Source: Lama glama
Lineage: Eukaryota
Assembly: GCA_028534125.1 (NCBI GenBank)
Contig: CM052816.1
Location: forward strand, 23,872,001 to 23,936,000
Direction of reading: 5' to 3'
Length of the DNA: 64,000 nt
The notes beneath the pieces are model-generated. The model saw only the letters and a program-made list of their open reading frames with translations. It was not told the origin of the DNA and did not search any database. Both the position numbers and the translations under genes were made by a program. Shown in pieces: positions 37,192 through 49,852 of this stretch; the first letter of the stretch is position 1, and each line of letters starts with the position of its first letter.

Positions 37192-39332
37192 GTGGGTCAC
37201 CAGGATTCCAACTCATTTCCAAGTTGGATCAACTGCAGCAAATGAAACCACAAAAAGGGCTGGAACAGGCTCCACCTGGAAGCAGAATACACAGCACATG
37301 CTGCACATATAAAAGTCATTTGTTTAAGCATGGTTTATTTTGCCGAATGAATAATGATGGAGGCAACTTTCATCTCTTATGAAGTTTTCCTGGCCAGGAG
37401 CCAATAGTTGGAAGTTTGGCTCGTTCTTTTTTTAACTATTTCTTTTTTTTTTTTTTATCACCAAATGAATGACATGTGGATAAACTATTTGGCTTTTAAA
37501 ATATGATACATTGTGTACCCCAATCACAGCTATTTAATGTGTTTATCAAAATCTAAGTAGCTCATTTCTGGCATTACCTTCATGCTTTAGCTGACACTAT
37601 GTCTGGGGCTGGAAGTCCTCTTCAGGGACTGATCAAGAACAGCACCTTTTGCCTAATAGTCATGTCTCCCTCTTCTCAGTTATGACATCATCCCCTTTCC
37701 TAGAAATAGGACTTTGAACTCGTGTGATATCTTTCCAAGAAAATGAACTTGGATTTTCTTTTAAACTAGAGACTCAATTCACATTACATATAGTTCAGGC
37801 CATCACTGTGTTCATGAGAGTATGTGAATATGTAAATAGAGGAAAAAGATTGAAAACAATTCATATGCCCTAAAGGCACTAACAAAATTAGTGATTCATA
37901 GAACACCTTAAGAAAATAATTCAGGCTAACTGCTGGGCAGAGATTATAAAATGAAATGAGATTACATGGTTTTCCCTACATGAGTATCTAATCAAATGAA
38001 CAGAAATAGTAAATGCCAGCACACACACACACAAATTCACCAGCATCAACCAAAAATTAGAAAAATTTAGGGTGGCTCAAGAGTACAGCCTGACTCTGCC
38101 CCACTGCCAGAAGTGGCACTAAAGAAAGAAAGGGTGCCCAAAAGATCATGGAATTTTCCATAAATATCCACCAATACGAGAGAATGAATAGCAGGCCCTG
38201 GGGAAGATGACAGGAACTGAAAGCGTTCAGGCATCTCCTTTGACCTGTGTGGTTGGGCAGAATCTACATGATTTTACACAGATGTTACACCGGGCAGCTG
38301 TAGAATGAGCTTCATTTTTCTCCTGCTCCCGTTTCTTTCTAAGCACTGAAGCCATTTAGTAGAAAATGTGAGTCAGTGTGGTTATGGAGTTGTATGATTT
38401 ATAACCCACGTCAACTTGACAAGAGTTGGTGGGGAAAGGAACAAGTTAGCAGTAGCCAGACACTTTTGCCAATATAAAATTTCAAAATTAGCCCTTTATA
38501 CATAAGACAGAGTTTCCCCTTCATAATTCTATTCCTTTATCTGGGGCCTTGGTCCTTCCAAAACTTCTAACTAGACCCTCCACCAAGGTGATACTAAATA
38601 CTTTCTGTTTGCTGTGCTTCCTTCTCATGTTGGCTTCATCATAGTATGTTGTTTCCATGGAGAGAAATCTCCGTTGCCAGGGCACCTGAGAGTGACTCAC
38701 ATGTAGTTCACCCTCAGGTAAGCCCTCTTCTCCAGTTACCTAGATGCCAACCTTTGAGATCCCCAGAATGTAATTCCACGGTTCTCCTGTTGCTCCTTGT
38801 TTTTGTGTTCTCTTTTCCTGTGGTATCTGGTACATCTAGACAGTTTCTCCTGAACTTACTACTTTAATTCCTTGATGCTTTCCCATCTTATTATAAATAT
38901 ATTCTTCTCTAAGTTGATGCTCTGATCAATACTCTACACCCAGCGTCTCTTTCCTATCACAAATTCTCAGAATTTCTACAGAGTTAAAAAAAAAAAATCG
39001 CTGGAGTTGGCCTTTTCTCAGTATTCTTCACCAAAATGGGAAAATACAAAGCCTGCAGGAACCTCCTCAGGGATAGGTTAGGACTCTATCAGAGGGAGAG
39101 AACCGAGATACAGACCATTTAGTATGATGTATGAAGAGAGAGCTGGGGCCAGGCTCATCGGCAGAGCCCAGTGGGGGTCCTCACATCTATGTGTCTCCTT
39201 TCCCCACGCCTTATGAAACTTTGGGCTACAGAGTAGCAGCTTTAATGAAACCCATACCCCAAGCTGTCTTCCACAGAAAGCCCAGATAGACAGGAGGATG
39301 TCAAGAAACTCTACCTAAACTGTATCAGGATA

Positions 39333-39577
39333 CAGTTGACCTTTGAATAACTTGAGGGTTAGAGACGCCTACCCTCAGCACACTGGAAAATCTGTGTATA
39401 ACTTGCAGTCCTCCCTCAGTGTACACAGCTTCTCTGCGCTCGCGGTTCCACGTCCTCAGATTTAACTGACTGCAGATGGTGTAGTTGTACTGTACACAGT
39501 AGTGTTTACTATTGAAAAAAAATCTATGTATAAGTGCACCCATGCAGTTCAAACCCGTGTTGTTCAGGCATCAGCTA
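39333..39577. mobile_element. Tigger2/MER8-type non-autonomous Tc1-mariner element
   Basis: Imperfect terminal inverted repeats cagttgacctttgaataac / gttgttcaggcatcagcta flanked by TA; internal aaatctatgtataagtgcacccatgcagttcaaacccgtg. Confidence 0.85.
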
Positions 39578-39579
39578 TA

Positions 39580-40560
39580 TATAAAAACTCTTCAAAGAGC
39601 TGATCAAGTAATGTGTGAACAAACTGAAAGTAAACAATGGCAACTGTGGAGGCATTGTACGGAAACAAGGGAAAAAGAACATACAAAAAGCAGATAAGGG
39701 AAGAACCCAAATTAGAAGGAAACTCCTCAAGGAACAAGACCAAATTTCCCATAGGTGTGTTGTACCATAGGTAACCTTAATAAAAACATAAATGTGATTG
39801 AACAAGTTCAAAGTGATTATAAAATTTTTTTTAAAAAAGTAAGAGACAAATAGCAATATTGCAGAGTCAAAGGAAACAAAAGTGGGGACCAACACAGCAA
39901 AATGAGAGCAGTATTAAGTAGAAACCACAAAGAGCAGAGGAAATGAAAATGTAACTACCAGCATAGAGAATGGACATGAGGTAATCACAGTGAACAAAAA
40001 AGGAGGACAAAAGAAATCGACACTCTTAGAGAAACGACAAAGACCACAAACTTAAGCGAAATGAGTGTTTCTGGAGTGGCAAGTCCCAAAAAACTGAATA
40101 GAAAAAAGTATTAAACAACCAAACATTTTCCTGAAATAGAGGAAAGAACTGAATATACAGGAAGAACTAAATCGTAAGACAAATTTTTAGCCTGATTACA
40201 TTTGTCAGCTTAAGTCATAGAGATTCTTCAGACTCCAGATAGAAAAGGCGAGTTAAGAACAAAACAGAAACATTCAAGACCAAGAGACACTGGAATGCTG
40301 CCCATAAAGTTCTAAGGACACATGTGACAAGAGTATTATTCCTCAGAGTTAGTTAATTATAAAGACAATAAGCATATCCTCACATATGAGATAAGTCAGA
40401 AAGAAAACACCTGTTGGCTCTCCTTTCTTGAGCAAAAAAACAAACAAAAAAAAAACCCAAAACCTACAACTTATCAGCAATGAAACACTGAAACACACAG
40501 CCAATCAAGAAATAAATGGAAAAGTTGCAATAAAAATGTTACTGATCCCCTTAAAGAATT
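39580..40560 (+). mobile_element. Highly decayed L1/HAL1 ORF1-like region
   Basis: About 1 kb of strongly A-biased sequence with ORF1-like remnants; family and limits uncertain. Confidence 0.45.
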
Positions 40561-42224
40561 AGTACTATAGAGAGTATGGTAAATGCCGTGAACATTTAAA
40601 TAGTGAAAATAACATGAATAACAAAAATGAGCTGGAGGAATATACGGATGTCAATTTTTAATCATTCATTGTATAGACTCTGTTAATATTGTCTAAAAAT
40701 TATATTTGAATTTTAACATAAAGCCAAAAGATTATAAAGTTTAGTGTTTTTCATCAATTCTTAACAGAAAGCATTTTAGAAACTGTTGAGAGAGAGAAAA
40801 ATTGATCTGATGCATAGAAGTTATTTCAGCTTGACTCTGAATATGCATTGGGAAATATTTGGAATGGTGTTCATCCAATGATAATGATAATTCTGGGTAC
40901 AAGCAATTTTTGGGTGATTTTTGTTTTTGCTGTCTTATTTTCTGTGTTGTCTTCTATCTTTTCTGTCTGCTATCAGTACTTTTCTATATTGTTTCAGTTT
41001 CTGAGTATGCATCAATTAAAAACAAAAAACAAGGCTAGATTCTTTTAAAATACCTTATTTTACACAACGGTTACATTGTTTAAAAGGAAATTACTTCTGA
41101 TAAAGTTCATTCAAAAGTAAAATGCATACTTAGAAGGCTAATAATACAATTTCATTTCCATTTATATTTTAACACAATTCACTTATACACTAACTTATTA
41201 AGTCTTTATTCGTTTATATAAAAAGAGTAACTTTGTTTTTACCCTAACCCAAGTTGACTTTCCACATCAGTTGAACTTCTAAGCACAATCTGAACCATAT
41301 TTTGAACATAAGATAGTTGAAATGCATAATTTATCATGAATGACCAAAAGACCCTTTTACACTTAAACTATAACTGTCTTAAGATAGCATTTTAGAATGG
41401 CTTGCGTAGTCTGGCCTAAAATGACATGCCTGGTCTGCATTCTCAGAATATGAGCTAATTTGTGTACAAAAATGTCTATCCTTGTCCTGTGAGTAGAAAT
41501 ATAGATTATTTCTACAGCTGTACATGCACACATATGCCTTCATTTTCATATTAATGAGGAGCAATAACTTCTCATTTATTTACTTTGAGTTACAGCTTCA
41601 TGGAAGAGTTTCATAAACTGAATTTATGACTTCAATCCAATAGAGATATTTTAATGAAATTTGGAGTAAGGTAGGGCAATGGATGATCCTATTACAAACT
41701 AGGAGGAAAAATATTCTTTCCCTGTTTATAACTGACTTTATGATAATATCAGATTACAGAATTTAAAATGTTTAAAAAAGGTTAAACTTTAATAATTTTA
41801 GTAATCTATTTAATAAATAAAATATTATGTTTATATTTTGTATATTGTAGATGTTTATAAAGTATCTGCTGTTTTCACTTTGTTAGAACCCTGGAGTTTA
41901 TTTTTGTCTTAAATTGTTTACAATCTCAAACCTTTAACATGTTTATATTTAATTTTTAAAAAAATTTTATGCCCTGGGTCAGTTCTTTCTTCTTAAATAT
42001 TTTATAATCCAAGACAACAAAATACTGTCAACAAAGTAATATTCTTTTATATCTCTGTCCCACAGATAAACGTTAGTTGCTTGCCATTTACATGGCCTCC
42101 CTAGTCAAAGAAAAATTTTTAGTTCATAAAAACATCTGAGGAGATAGAAAAATTCATTAATGTCATACAGCAAATCAAAATGTCTTTGTAAATAAGAGAG
42201 TGCTATTTTTTTTTTAATTTTCAG

Positions 42225-42347
42225 ACATAGATGAATGCTCCTTCCAAAATATTTGTGTCTTTGGAACATGTAATAATTTGCCTGGAATGTTTCATTGTAT
42301 CTGCGATGATGGCTACGAATTGGACAGAACAGGAGGGAACTGTACAG
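42225..42347 (+). CDS. FBN2: FBN2 exon ~35, cbEGF21 ([14 protein letters not shown]...GGNCT)
   Basis: ttcag| ... |gtatgg; 123 nt. Confidence 0.96.
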
Positions 42348-42899
42348 GTATGGCCAGTCAAGGGCTTAAATGTGTTCATATTAGTGTGAATGTTTTGTGC
42401 TAGGTATAAAATTTCCTCAAATTTCTGCTTAGCCAGCTATGCCTTGCTTTAGGTATTTTTTTGAAAGAGAAAATTACTTTTTTATACATTTATTTTTAAC
42501 TGTGGAATTGATTGATTTTAATACAAACAACTGAATATTAAATAGCTAACATGAAACTAGTTAAGTATTTCTTTGTGCAAATATTTATGTATGTTCACAT
42601 ATATGTACTTACCGATTTAAGCAAATAGTGATGATAATGTTTTTCTTCTTTAGAATACCAACATTTAATTATTATTTATTGATTAAGGATATTAAGTGAT
42701 ATCATTGTGACTACCGTGTGATTGAGCTGTAGAACCTGCTTTAGGTATAGACAAGGATTGTCTTTATTTCATTGTGCTGAGTCCCTCCTAAAGATTTTTA
42801 GTCTACTGACTTGCAAAAATTCCACCAAATTCTTTGAAACAGCAGTACACATAAGGGAAGTGAACACGTTAATGTGGGCATTTTAAATGTTTTCCTCAG

Positions 42900-43022
42900 A
42901 TATTGATGAATGTGCAGATCCCATAAACTGTGTGAACGGCCTATGTGTCAACACTCCTGGTCGCTATGAGTGTAACTGTCCCCCCGACTTCCAGCTGAAC
43001 CCCACCGGCGTGGGTTGTGTTG
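42900..43022 (+). CDS. FBN2: FBN2 exon ~36, cbEGF22 ([14 protein letters not shown]...GVGCV)
   Basis: ctcag| ... |gtaagt; 123 nt. Confidence 0.96.
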
Positions 43023-43789
43023 GTAAGTGAAAGCTGTATGAAACAAGGAGAATTACATAGAGTTAAATACTCATACTCTCCCGGTAATGAACTGTGATGA
43101 GTATTTGCTACAATTAACTTGTAAACAAAATAGTAGTCCTTTACCTTAAGAAACCGTAGGCTACCAAAATATATGGTCACTTTAACCATGCTTATCTTCC
43201 AAGTTGTATTTTAAACAGGAATTATTGAGACATCCGCTCCCACCTCCTCCTCTCGCAGACTTGGGAACCAGGGCCCTGGAGGTGCAGTACCTTGTTCAGG
43301 GTCTCAGAGATTGCACACAGTAGCACTGAGGCAGGGTCCTGAGGTGCCTGGCTCCCCATCCACTGCATTGGCCAGGAGAGCCCAAAGTGATAGAACTAGT
43401 AGATACACATTTCCCTTTCCTACGAAAAGAGTCATGGAGGAGTGAAATAAATGAAGGGGTGAGGAGAAAGGAATTGGGGAGGTGGATTTCATGACCCAAA
43501 CGGCTAGAGTGAAACAAGTTGGAAGAGCAGGGAGAAGTGGGGAAGCAGTTATGAAGGTCCTGACAACATTCCTGACATCTCTGATCTCTAGAAAGTTGTT
43601 GTCCAGCTTTTGCCATATGTGCTATTTTTGCACATTACTGAGTGTTTACCTAGAGGAGTAAATGGTCTAAAAGGAAAATTCCTTGCTTCGGTAGAAATGT
43701 AACTGCTGTCTTCAGCATCCATATTCCTGTGGGCTTGCAGTCAATGAAAGGAATGTTGGCCTCTGTGATTTATGCACAACTGATGTATT

Positions 43790-44565
43790 GTTTTCAAATT
43801 TCAGAAAATAGAAGACTCAAACAGTGAGTGAATAATATGTTTATATAGACAAAGGAAATATGGTAGTCCCATCTCTTAGACAGTAGGAAGAGCTTTAACG
43901 TGCAACAAATGGCAGCAAGTACCTGGATCATCCCAGGTTCTTGTATTCTTTCATATCCAAACGTAATTGATATGGTTCTTAAGTGGACAAGTGATGAAGG
44001 CAGGTGTTTAGACAAAGCTGATTGGAAGGAAGGAAATATGTGATGTAGAAATGAAAGAAAATTATGAGATTAATGATTCTAATGTGTGTTGACAAATCTA
44101 AAAATGAAAATGTTTATCATTTATGAAGCAAAGATTTTTGTCCTCATCAAAGTTGTGAGCTACCAAAGTTTTCAAAAATTTCTTCAGGTATTATGTTTTA
44201 ATGATGGTAGAATAAGAAGAAAAACAAGAAGTAATGATAAGCTAGAACCTACTAGAGATGTGTTTGAAATGTAGAATCAGTTTTTACAGAATGTTTCAAG
44301 TTCATGTGTGACAGCTGACAAGCAAGCAGTTAATGGCTTTTATACAGGACCATATCAGGTTTATGTATCTTCAAAACCAAGAAAATATGGAATAAAATTG
44401 AGTTAGCTATGATTAAATTCTTATTAAATTTTTTAGTAAGGTTTTGTGTACCTTTTTCTTCTGCAAATTATCTGTAACTGCCTTACAAATACAAAAAATT
44501 GAAAAGGTACATTTGATGCAGGTGGCAGATAACAGTGACTGTTTCTCCTAATACTGAAGGTGAAG
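43790..44565 (+). mobile_element. Fossil piggyBac-type DNA transposon (Looper-like) with decayed transposase
   Basis: Frame-broken translation gives IDMVLKWTSDEG...DWKE / DVEMK / LMILMCVDKSKNENVYHL*SKD / FQKFLQVLCFND...NDKLEPTRDVFEM*NQFL...VTADKQ / YVSSKPRKYGIKL, collinear with piggyBac transposase motifs; ends approximate. Confidence 0.8.
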
Positions 44566-45109
44566 AACATGCAAACTCTGTGAACCAGCACTTCCTCTCC
44601 TGGCTCTGGGTACCAAAGAAAGGCCTACAAGGAGACACGAGTAAAGATATGCAGTGCCTCATCATTTGTAGTGGCAAGAACTTAGAAACCATTTTTAGAG
44701 AGTAGATTGACTCAAAAAGAATGGCAGTTGGACACCGTGGAGTTGACAGATTGGATGCTATAAAGATGAAATGAAATATATGACAAAATACCATTTATGG
44801 AAATTTAAAATGTGCTCACAAAAACAAAAATACTAATTTTGCTGAAACAGACAAAAAAAAATTGAACACATTCAGATGGCTGAGTGGAGGATGAGGAACT
44901 GGAATGGAGAATCGTGATGAAAGGAGAGAATAGGAGGGAAGGAGGAAGGACGAGTGAATACAAGCCTAGGAAGAACCATAAGTTAAATTCTGTCTGCACC
45001 TGAGAGTCAGCAACAACAACAGAACGAGAAAACATGGGGGGAAAAGTGTAATAATAAAACGCTGTCCAAGTGATTCTAATGTGTAGCTGAGATGAAAACT
45101 ACTTGGTAG

Positions 45110-45745
45110 ACAGTAATAAGGACTTTGGATTTTACCCTGATTGAAATGGGAAGCCACTGGAAGTGCTTGACCTCAGGTAATGCTTCTGAAGAATGACCCT
45201 AGCTGTGGTGATAAAAATAGACTATAGTTGGGTCAAGGATTGAAGGAGAGAGATTGAGTTAGGAAACCACTGCAGTAGTCCAGGTGAGGGATGGTGGTGG
45301 CTTGGACTCAGGTTATAGTGATGGTGGAGGCAGTGGTAAGCCATCAGATTCCCGATATATTTTAAAGGTAAAACTGACAGACTTTGTAACTGGATTGAAT
45401 AAGTGTTGGTAGTAAGGAATCAAAGAGTGACTCCAAGGTTTAGGACCTGAGCAACTAAAACAATGGATTGTCTATTTATTGAAAATGCAAAAGCCTGGAA
45501 GAGGACTAGAGCAGGTTTTATATGCGGAGGAAAGAGTACCAAGAATGTGATTTTAGACATGTTAACTATTAGCTACCTAAGAGGAGAAAGCAAATACTAG
45601 GCAGTTTTCAGAACAGCCTAGAGTTCAGGGGAGAGGTAAAAGATGGATCCATAAATTCGATAGTATTTAAAGTCATGAAACGAAAAGAGGTGATCTAGGT
45701 GGTTATTGCAGATAGAGACAAGGAATAGCCTGAGATTCATTGATC
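45110..45745 (-). mobile_element. L2 LINE fragment
   Basis: gaagccactggaag...actgcagtagtccaggtgagggatggtggtggcttggact...aggaatcaaagagtgactccaaggttt...gagttcaggggagagg is L2 in reverse. Confidence 0.8.
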
Positions 45746-46238
45746 TCTTAAATATCCTCTCTAACGTTGTTAGAGACAGGCTTTCCCCAGGCCTGCAAAG
45801 CTTGATGTGCAAGGTGAAACTAAGCCACGGGAGATGGAGATAATGCGGAGGAGAGGAAGGAGGTGGGTTCTCAGCGTTTCTGTGATGAGATATGTTGCTG
45901 TGAAGTAACTAATCCTGGATTTTATTTCCATTATTGACAAACTCATGATATAGACTGATTATAGGAAATAATTTTTGCATTCATATTACTGAAGGTTCAG
46001 AATGTCTCGAATGAATAATTGCTGCTTGTCCTGTTCAGTCCATGATCTATATGGATTCCTAAATATAGGAAAGTGTTATAATTTACTTGATTCCTCAACC
46101 TTGAAAAGTGTTAAAGCAAGAGATTATTTTGTGCTAAGGATTAATGTACAGAATTTGAATTCCATCATCTGGGTGACCTTTCTCTGAAAAGGCATTCTTA
46201 CTACGAGGGAAATGTTGAGCTCCTGTGTTGCTCCACAG

Positions 46239-46400
46239 ACAACCGCGTGGGCAACTGCTACCTGAAGTTTGGTCCTCGGGGAGACGGGAGTCTGTCCTGC
46301 AACACTGAGATTGGAGTGGGCGTCAGCCGCTCCTCCTGCTGCTGCTCCCTGGGGAAGGCCTGGGGGAACCCCTGCGAGACCTGCCCCCCTGTCAACAGCA
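46239..46400 (+). CDS. FBN2: FBN2 exon ~37, TB4 N-part with RGD ([21 protein letters not shown]...CPPVNS)
   Basis: cacag| ... |gtgagt; 162 nt; RGD at 46277-46285. Confidence 0.96.
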
Positions 46401-47128
46401 GTGAGTATGGAACTGAAGAAGGGGAAGGGGACACACTCTGGTAGCTGAAGACAAGCTGCCGTTTTCTTCTTGTCCTGGGGCAGGAGGGAAATAGCGAGGG
46501 CTGAAACTTTGAATTTGGATGACTTTCAGTGATTATGCTGAAACCAGCCAAGAGTGTTTCATGTAAAAGGAATTTGAATTCCTCTCTTCTTAGTATTTTT
46601 TTTGATATGATAATAAGAAAAAACAATTTTTAACCACAATCCAGTATGAATGGCAATGATATCAATTCTGACTGGTATCACAGATAAAGGCCATCCCTGG
46701 TTCTTCTCCGAAGTCGTTTCAGTTTAGTTTCATAGATGCACTCACTGTACTCTTCAGATCAGTCATGCTATGTTTTAAAATGAATGTATGTTCTGATATG
46801 TACACAGGTGAAACTTGTGAAATGTTGTCTCTTAAGTTTTTATTTACTAGCCGAAAAAGTTATGGCATAAATTGTCTGAAAATAAATTTTTTCTTTCATT
46901 GAAAACAAATGGATTTTGTTATCCTGCTTTGTATATAATTTACGAAGTAATGATCTTATTTCCAGTAAAATGTAATATACTTTTAAAGATATTTGAAAGG
47001 ACACTGAGGAAAATGTAGATACACCCCTTAGGATATGTGTTTTGAGCCTGACAGTCGCTAAGTGCTTATTCATTGTCTCAGCCTCTTGGGCACTGGTGTC
47101 ACATTTCTTATTTTCCATTGTTTCGTAG

Positions 47129-47197
47129 CTGAATATTACACCTTGTGTCCTGGAGGTGAAGGCTTCAGACCTAACCCCATCACAATCATCCTAGAAG
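47129..47197 (+). CDS. FBN2: FBN2 exon ~38, TB4 C-part ([23 protein letters not shown])
   Basis: cgtag| ... |gtgagc; 69 nt. Confidence 0.94.
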
Positions 47198-47656
47198 GTG
47201 AGCGTGCCTCTAATTGTCACCTGATAAAAACAAGGTAAAGCATTTCCTTTAGAGGACAGCTGGTAGGAAAGTCAGGGTGGAACAGTCCCAACAGAAATAG
47301 TTTGCACAATCGCAGATGGAATGACCAGGGTGCTGAATAAACCATCTGTAAACCAGAAAGAGTTGACCCATTGCAGTGATCTGTTGTGTGCTTGTCCACA
47401 GAGAAACTCTCTTTACCATTATCCCCAACTTTAATCATCCTCAACTTGCTTTAATTACTCTTCTCAGATTATGGCAAAGTTTCACGATCAAGGAGAAAAC
47501 CAAGAAGACCTATGGTCAGAATAAACCTCCCATCTAAGTGTGCATTTGTTTGGCTGCATGGACGTCTGCGGATCTTACACATACACATTTACACGTATAC
47601 ATTTCAAAGCTCTAAGAATAACTCTCGTCTTTCCTAACGCTCTCTGTTCTAAGTGA

Positions 47657-47839
<183 letters not shown>

Positions 47840-48267
47840 TAAAACAGGCCTGGAGAAAGGGTCTATCTTCAAGTTTTATCAAAAGATCTGTTGAGACGGA
47901 TCCATAGCCTTCTTCTTTTCATGTCAGTGCTGCTAAGTTGTATGGTAATAGATACATTCATTAACAGCTAATTTGCTGTAACTTACTATTATTTTTCTCT
48001 GAGTAAATGGGTTAATTATAAGTGGGGGAGTAGTGTGAAAACATTCAGTTATCAAAATAAGCTATTAGTTTGAATATTGATGTGTTGTATTTTACACAGG
48101 GAAAATAGGTAAGCTTGAATGTGACTCTTGGGTTAATATTTTCAGTAACTTTTAATTGTTGGGCAACGAAGTAGGAAGCAGTTCAAAGCTTATGCAGGTG
48201 CCTTTCTCGCTTCTATCCCCTCACTTCTCCCATGGCCCTGTAGTCATCCTTACAGAGGCTTGTCTCC

Positions 48268-48380
48268 CTGCTGGACTGGGAGCTTCCTGAGGCAAAGTCC
48301 ACATCTAATTCATCTTTATAGCTACAAGTTCTAGGTTACAGTGGAATTCCAGTATTTATTTATGGAATGAATGAAAGAAT
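48268..48380 (+). mobile_element. L2 3' end
   Basis: ctggactgggagcttcctgaggc...atttatggaatgaatgaa tail. Confidence 0.6.
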
Positions 48381-48973
48381 GCTTCTAAAAAATGAGCGCT
48401 GAACATGTAACGTAATTATTTCCATTATAACCTTCCTTTTGGAACATGTTAGATAAATGCATCTGGAAGAAATATGATTTAATAAGGAGAATAACCAGCA
48501 GCTGTGCTACTTCTAAAATCTCTGAATGGGTGCTAATTTGAAAGAAGCTATAAAGAAAAAGCCTTCTCGTAACTGCATTCAGTTTAAAGTTGGCAGTAAA
48601 ATTTGGTTTAAATGACGTAAGAGGAAAGCAACTTTAAAGCAATTCTATTTGAAGAATATGAAATTTCAATTAAAAAAAAATAGGTGCCATTTAAATTATG
48701 TTTTGTCATGTTGGAATAATTTCTTTTGATCGTTTTTATTCCTGAATGTTAGGTTTTTATTCTTTGGAAGAAGGGCACACTTTATGTCATATAAAGGCAT
48801 ATTTTGAGATATTTTCTATGTAATTGCTTTAAGTTCTAAATTCTATAAAAAATAGGAAAAAGTAAGTTCCATAAAGACATGGATGTGGGGCATCAGCCAT
48901 ATGCTTCCTCCAGTACTTTAAATATAAATTCTTGGGGAAAATAGTCATTAATGTGTATTCTTGCCTGCTCTAG

Positions 48974-49099
48974 ATATTGATGAGTGTTTTGCACATCCTG
49001 GTGTGTGTGGACCTGGGACCTGCTACAACACTCTGGGAAATTACACCTGCATTTGCCCACCTGAATACATGCAGGTCAACGGAGGCCACAACTGCATGG
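48974..49099 (+). CDS. FBN2: FBN2 exon ~40, cbEGF24 ([15 protein letters not shown]...GHNCM)
   Basis: tctag| ... |gtaggt; 126 nt. Confidence 0.96.
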
Positions 49100-49699
49100 G
49101 TAGGTGCAGGTCTCTGAGATCGATTAGGTCACAGTTGCTGGCTTCCCAGCCAACAGTTACCTCTCAGGTACTTAATGTCTCAGAATTATTATTCAGGAAG
49201 TTTGAAAATTAAATCTTTATGAATGAAGTATTTTAAAGTCTTATACACTGACTCTGTGTCGTATTTTGAACTTTGGCTGCATAGTTACGTGTTACAAAGC
49301 CATGAGTCGGAGGTGGAAAATTTCATCAAATGTTACAATTATATATTCTTAAATAATTTTTATTTTCCATTCATATTAAGTGGACACTATTTTATAAATA
49401 GGAGAATATTTAAAATTTAATATGTAGTACTTGTTAAATAAATGCCTTTGAGTAGAGAAACAAGTAGCTGTTAACTTTATTCCCCCAAGAAAATTATAAA
49501 TGGAATCCCTTATTTAAAAACGGGATAGATATTAATCTAAAAAAGATTTGTGTTCAACCTAAAAATTTCTTTTAAAAAAGCCTCTAAATGGTGCCGTTTT
49601 TCAGAGTTAACCGAGAAAGTTTGGTGTCTCCAGATGTGGGCTTTGTTATTAGCTGCTTGCTCATAGAATTGGTTGGCATATTTGTTTTTCTCTACGTAG

Positions 49700-49852
49700 A
49701 CATGAGAAAAAGCTTCTGCTACCGAAGCTATAATGGAACCACTTGTGAGAATGAGTTGCCTTTTAATGTGACCAAGAGGATGTGTTGCTGCACGTATAAT
49801 GTGGGCAAAGCCTGGAACAAACCCTGTGAACCATGCCCAACACCAGGAACAG
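49700..49852 (+). CDS. FBN2: FBN2 exon ~41, TB5 N-part ([16 protein letters not shown]...CPTPGT)
   Basis: cgtag| ... |gtaagc; 153 nt. Confidence 0.96.

Noticed and set aside
44086..44274. Functional domesticated PGBD gene
   Set aside because: Multiple stops and frameshifts, a degenerate DE motif, and the C-terminal catalytic half is missing.
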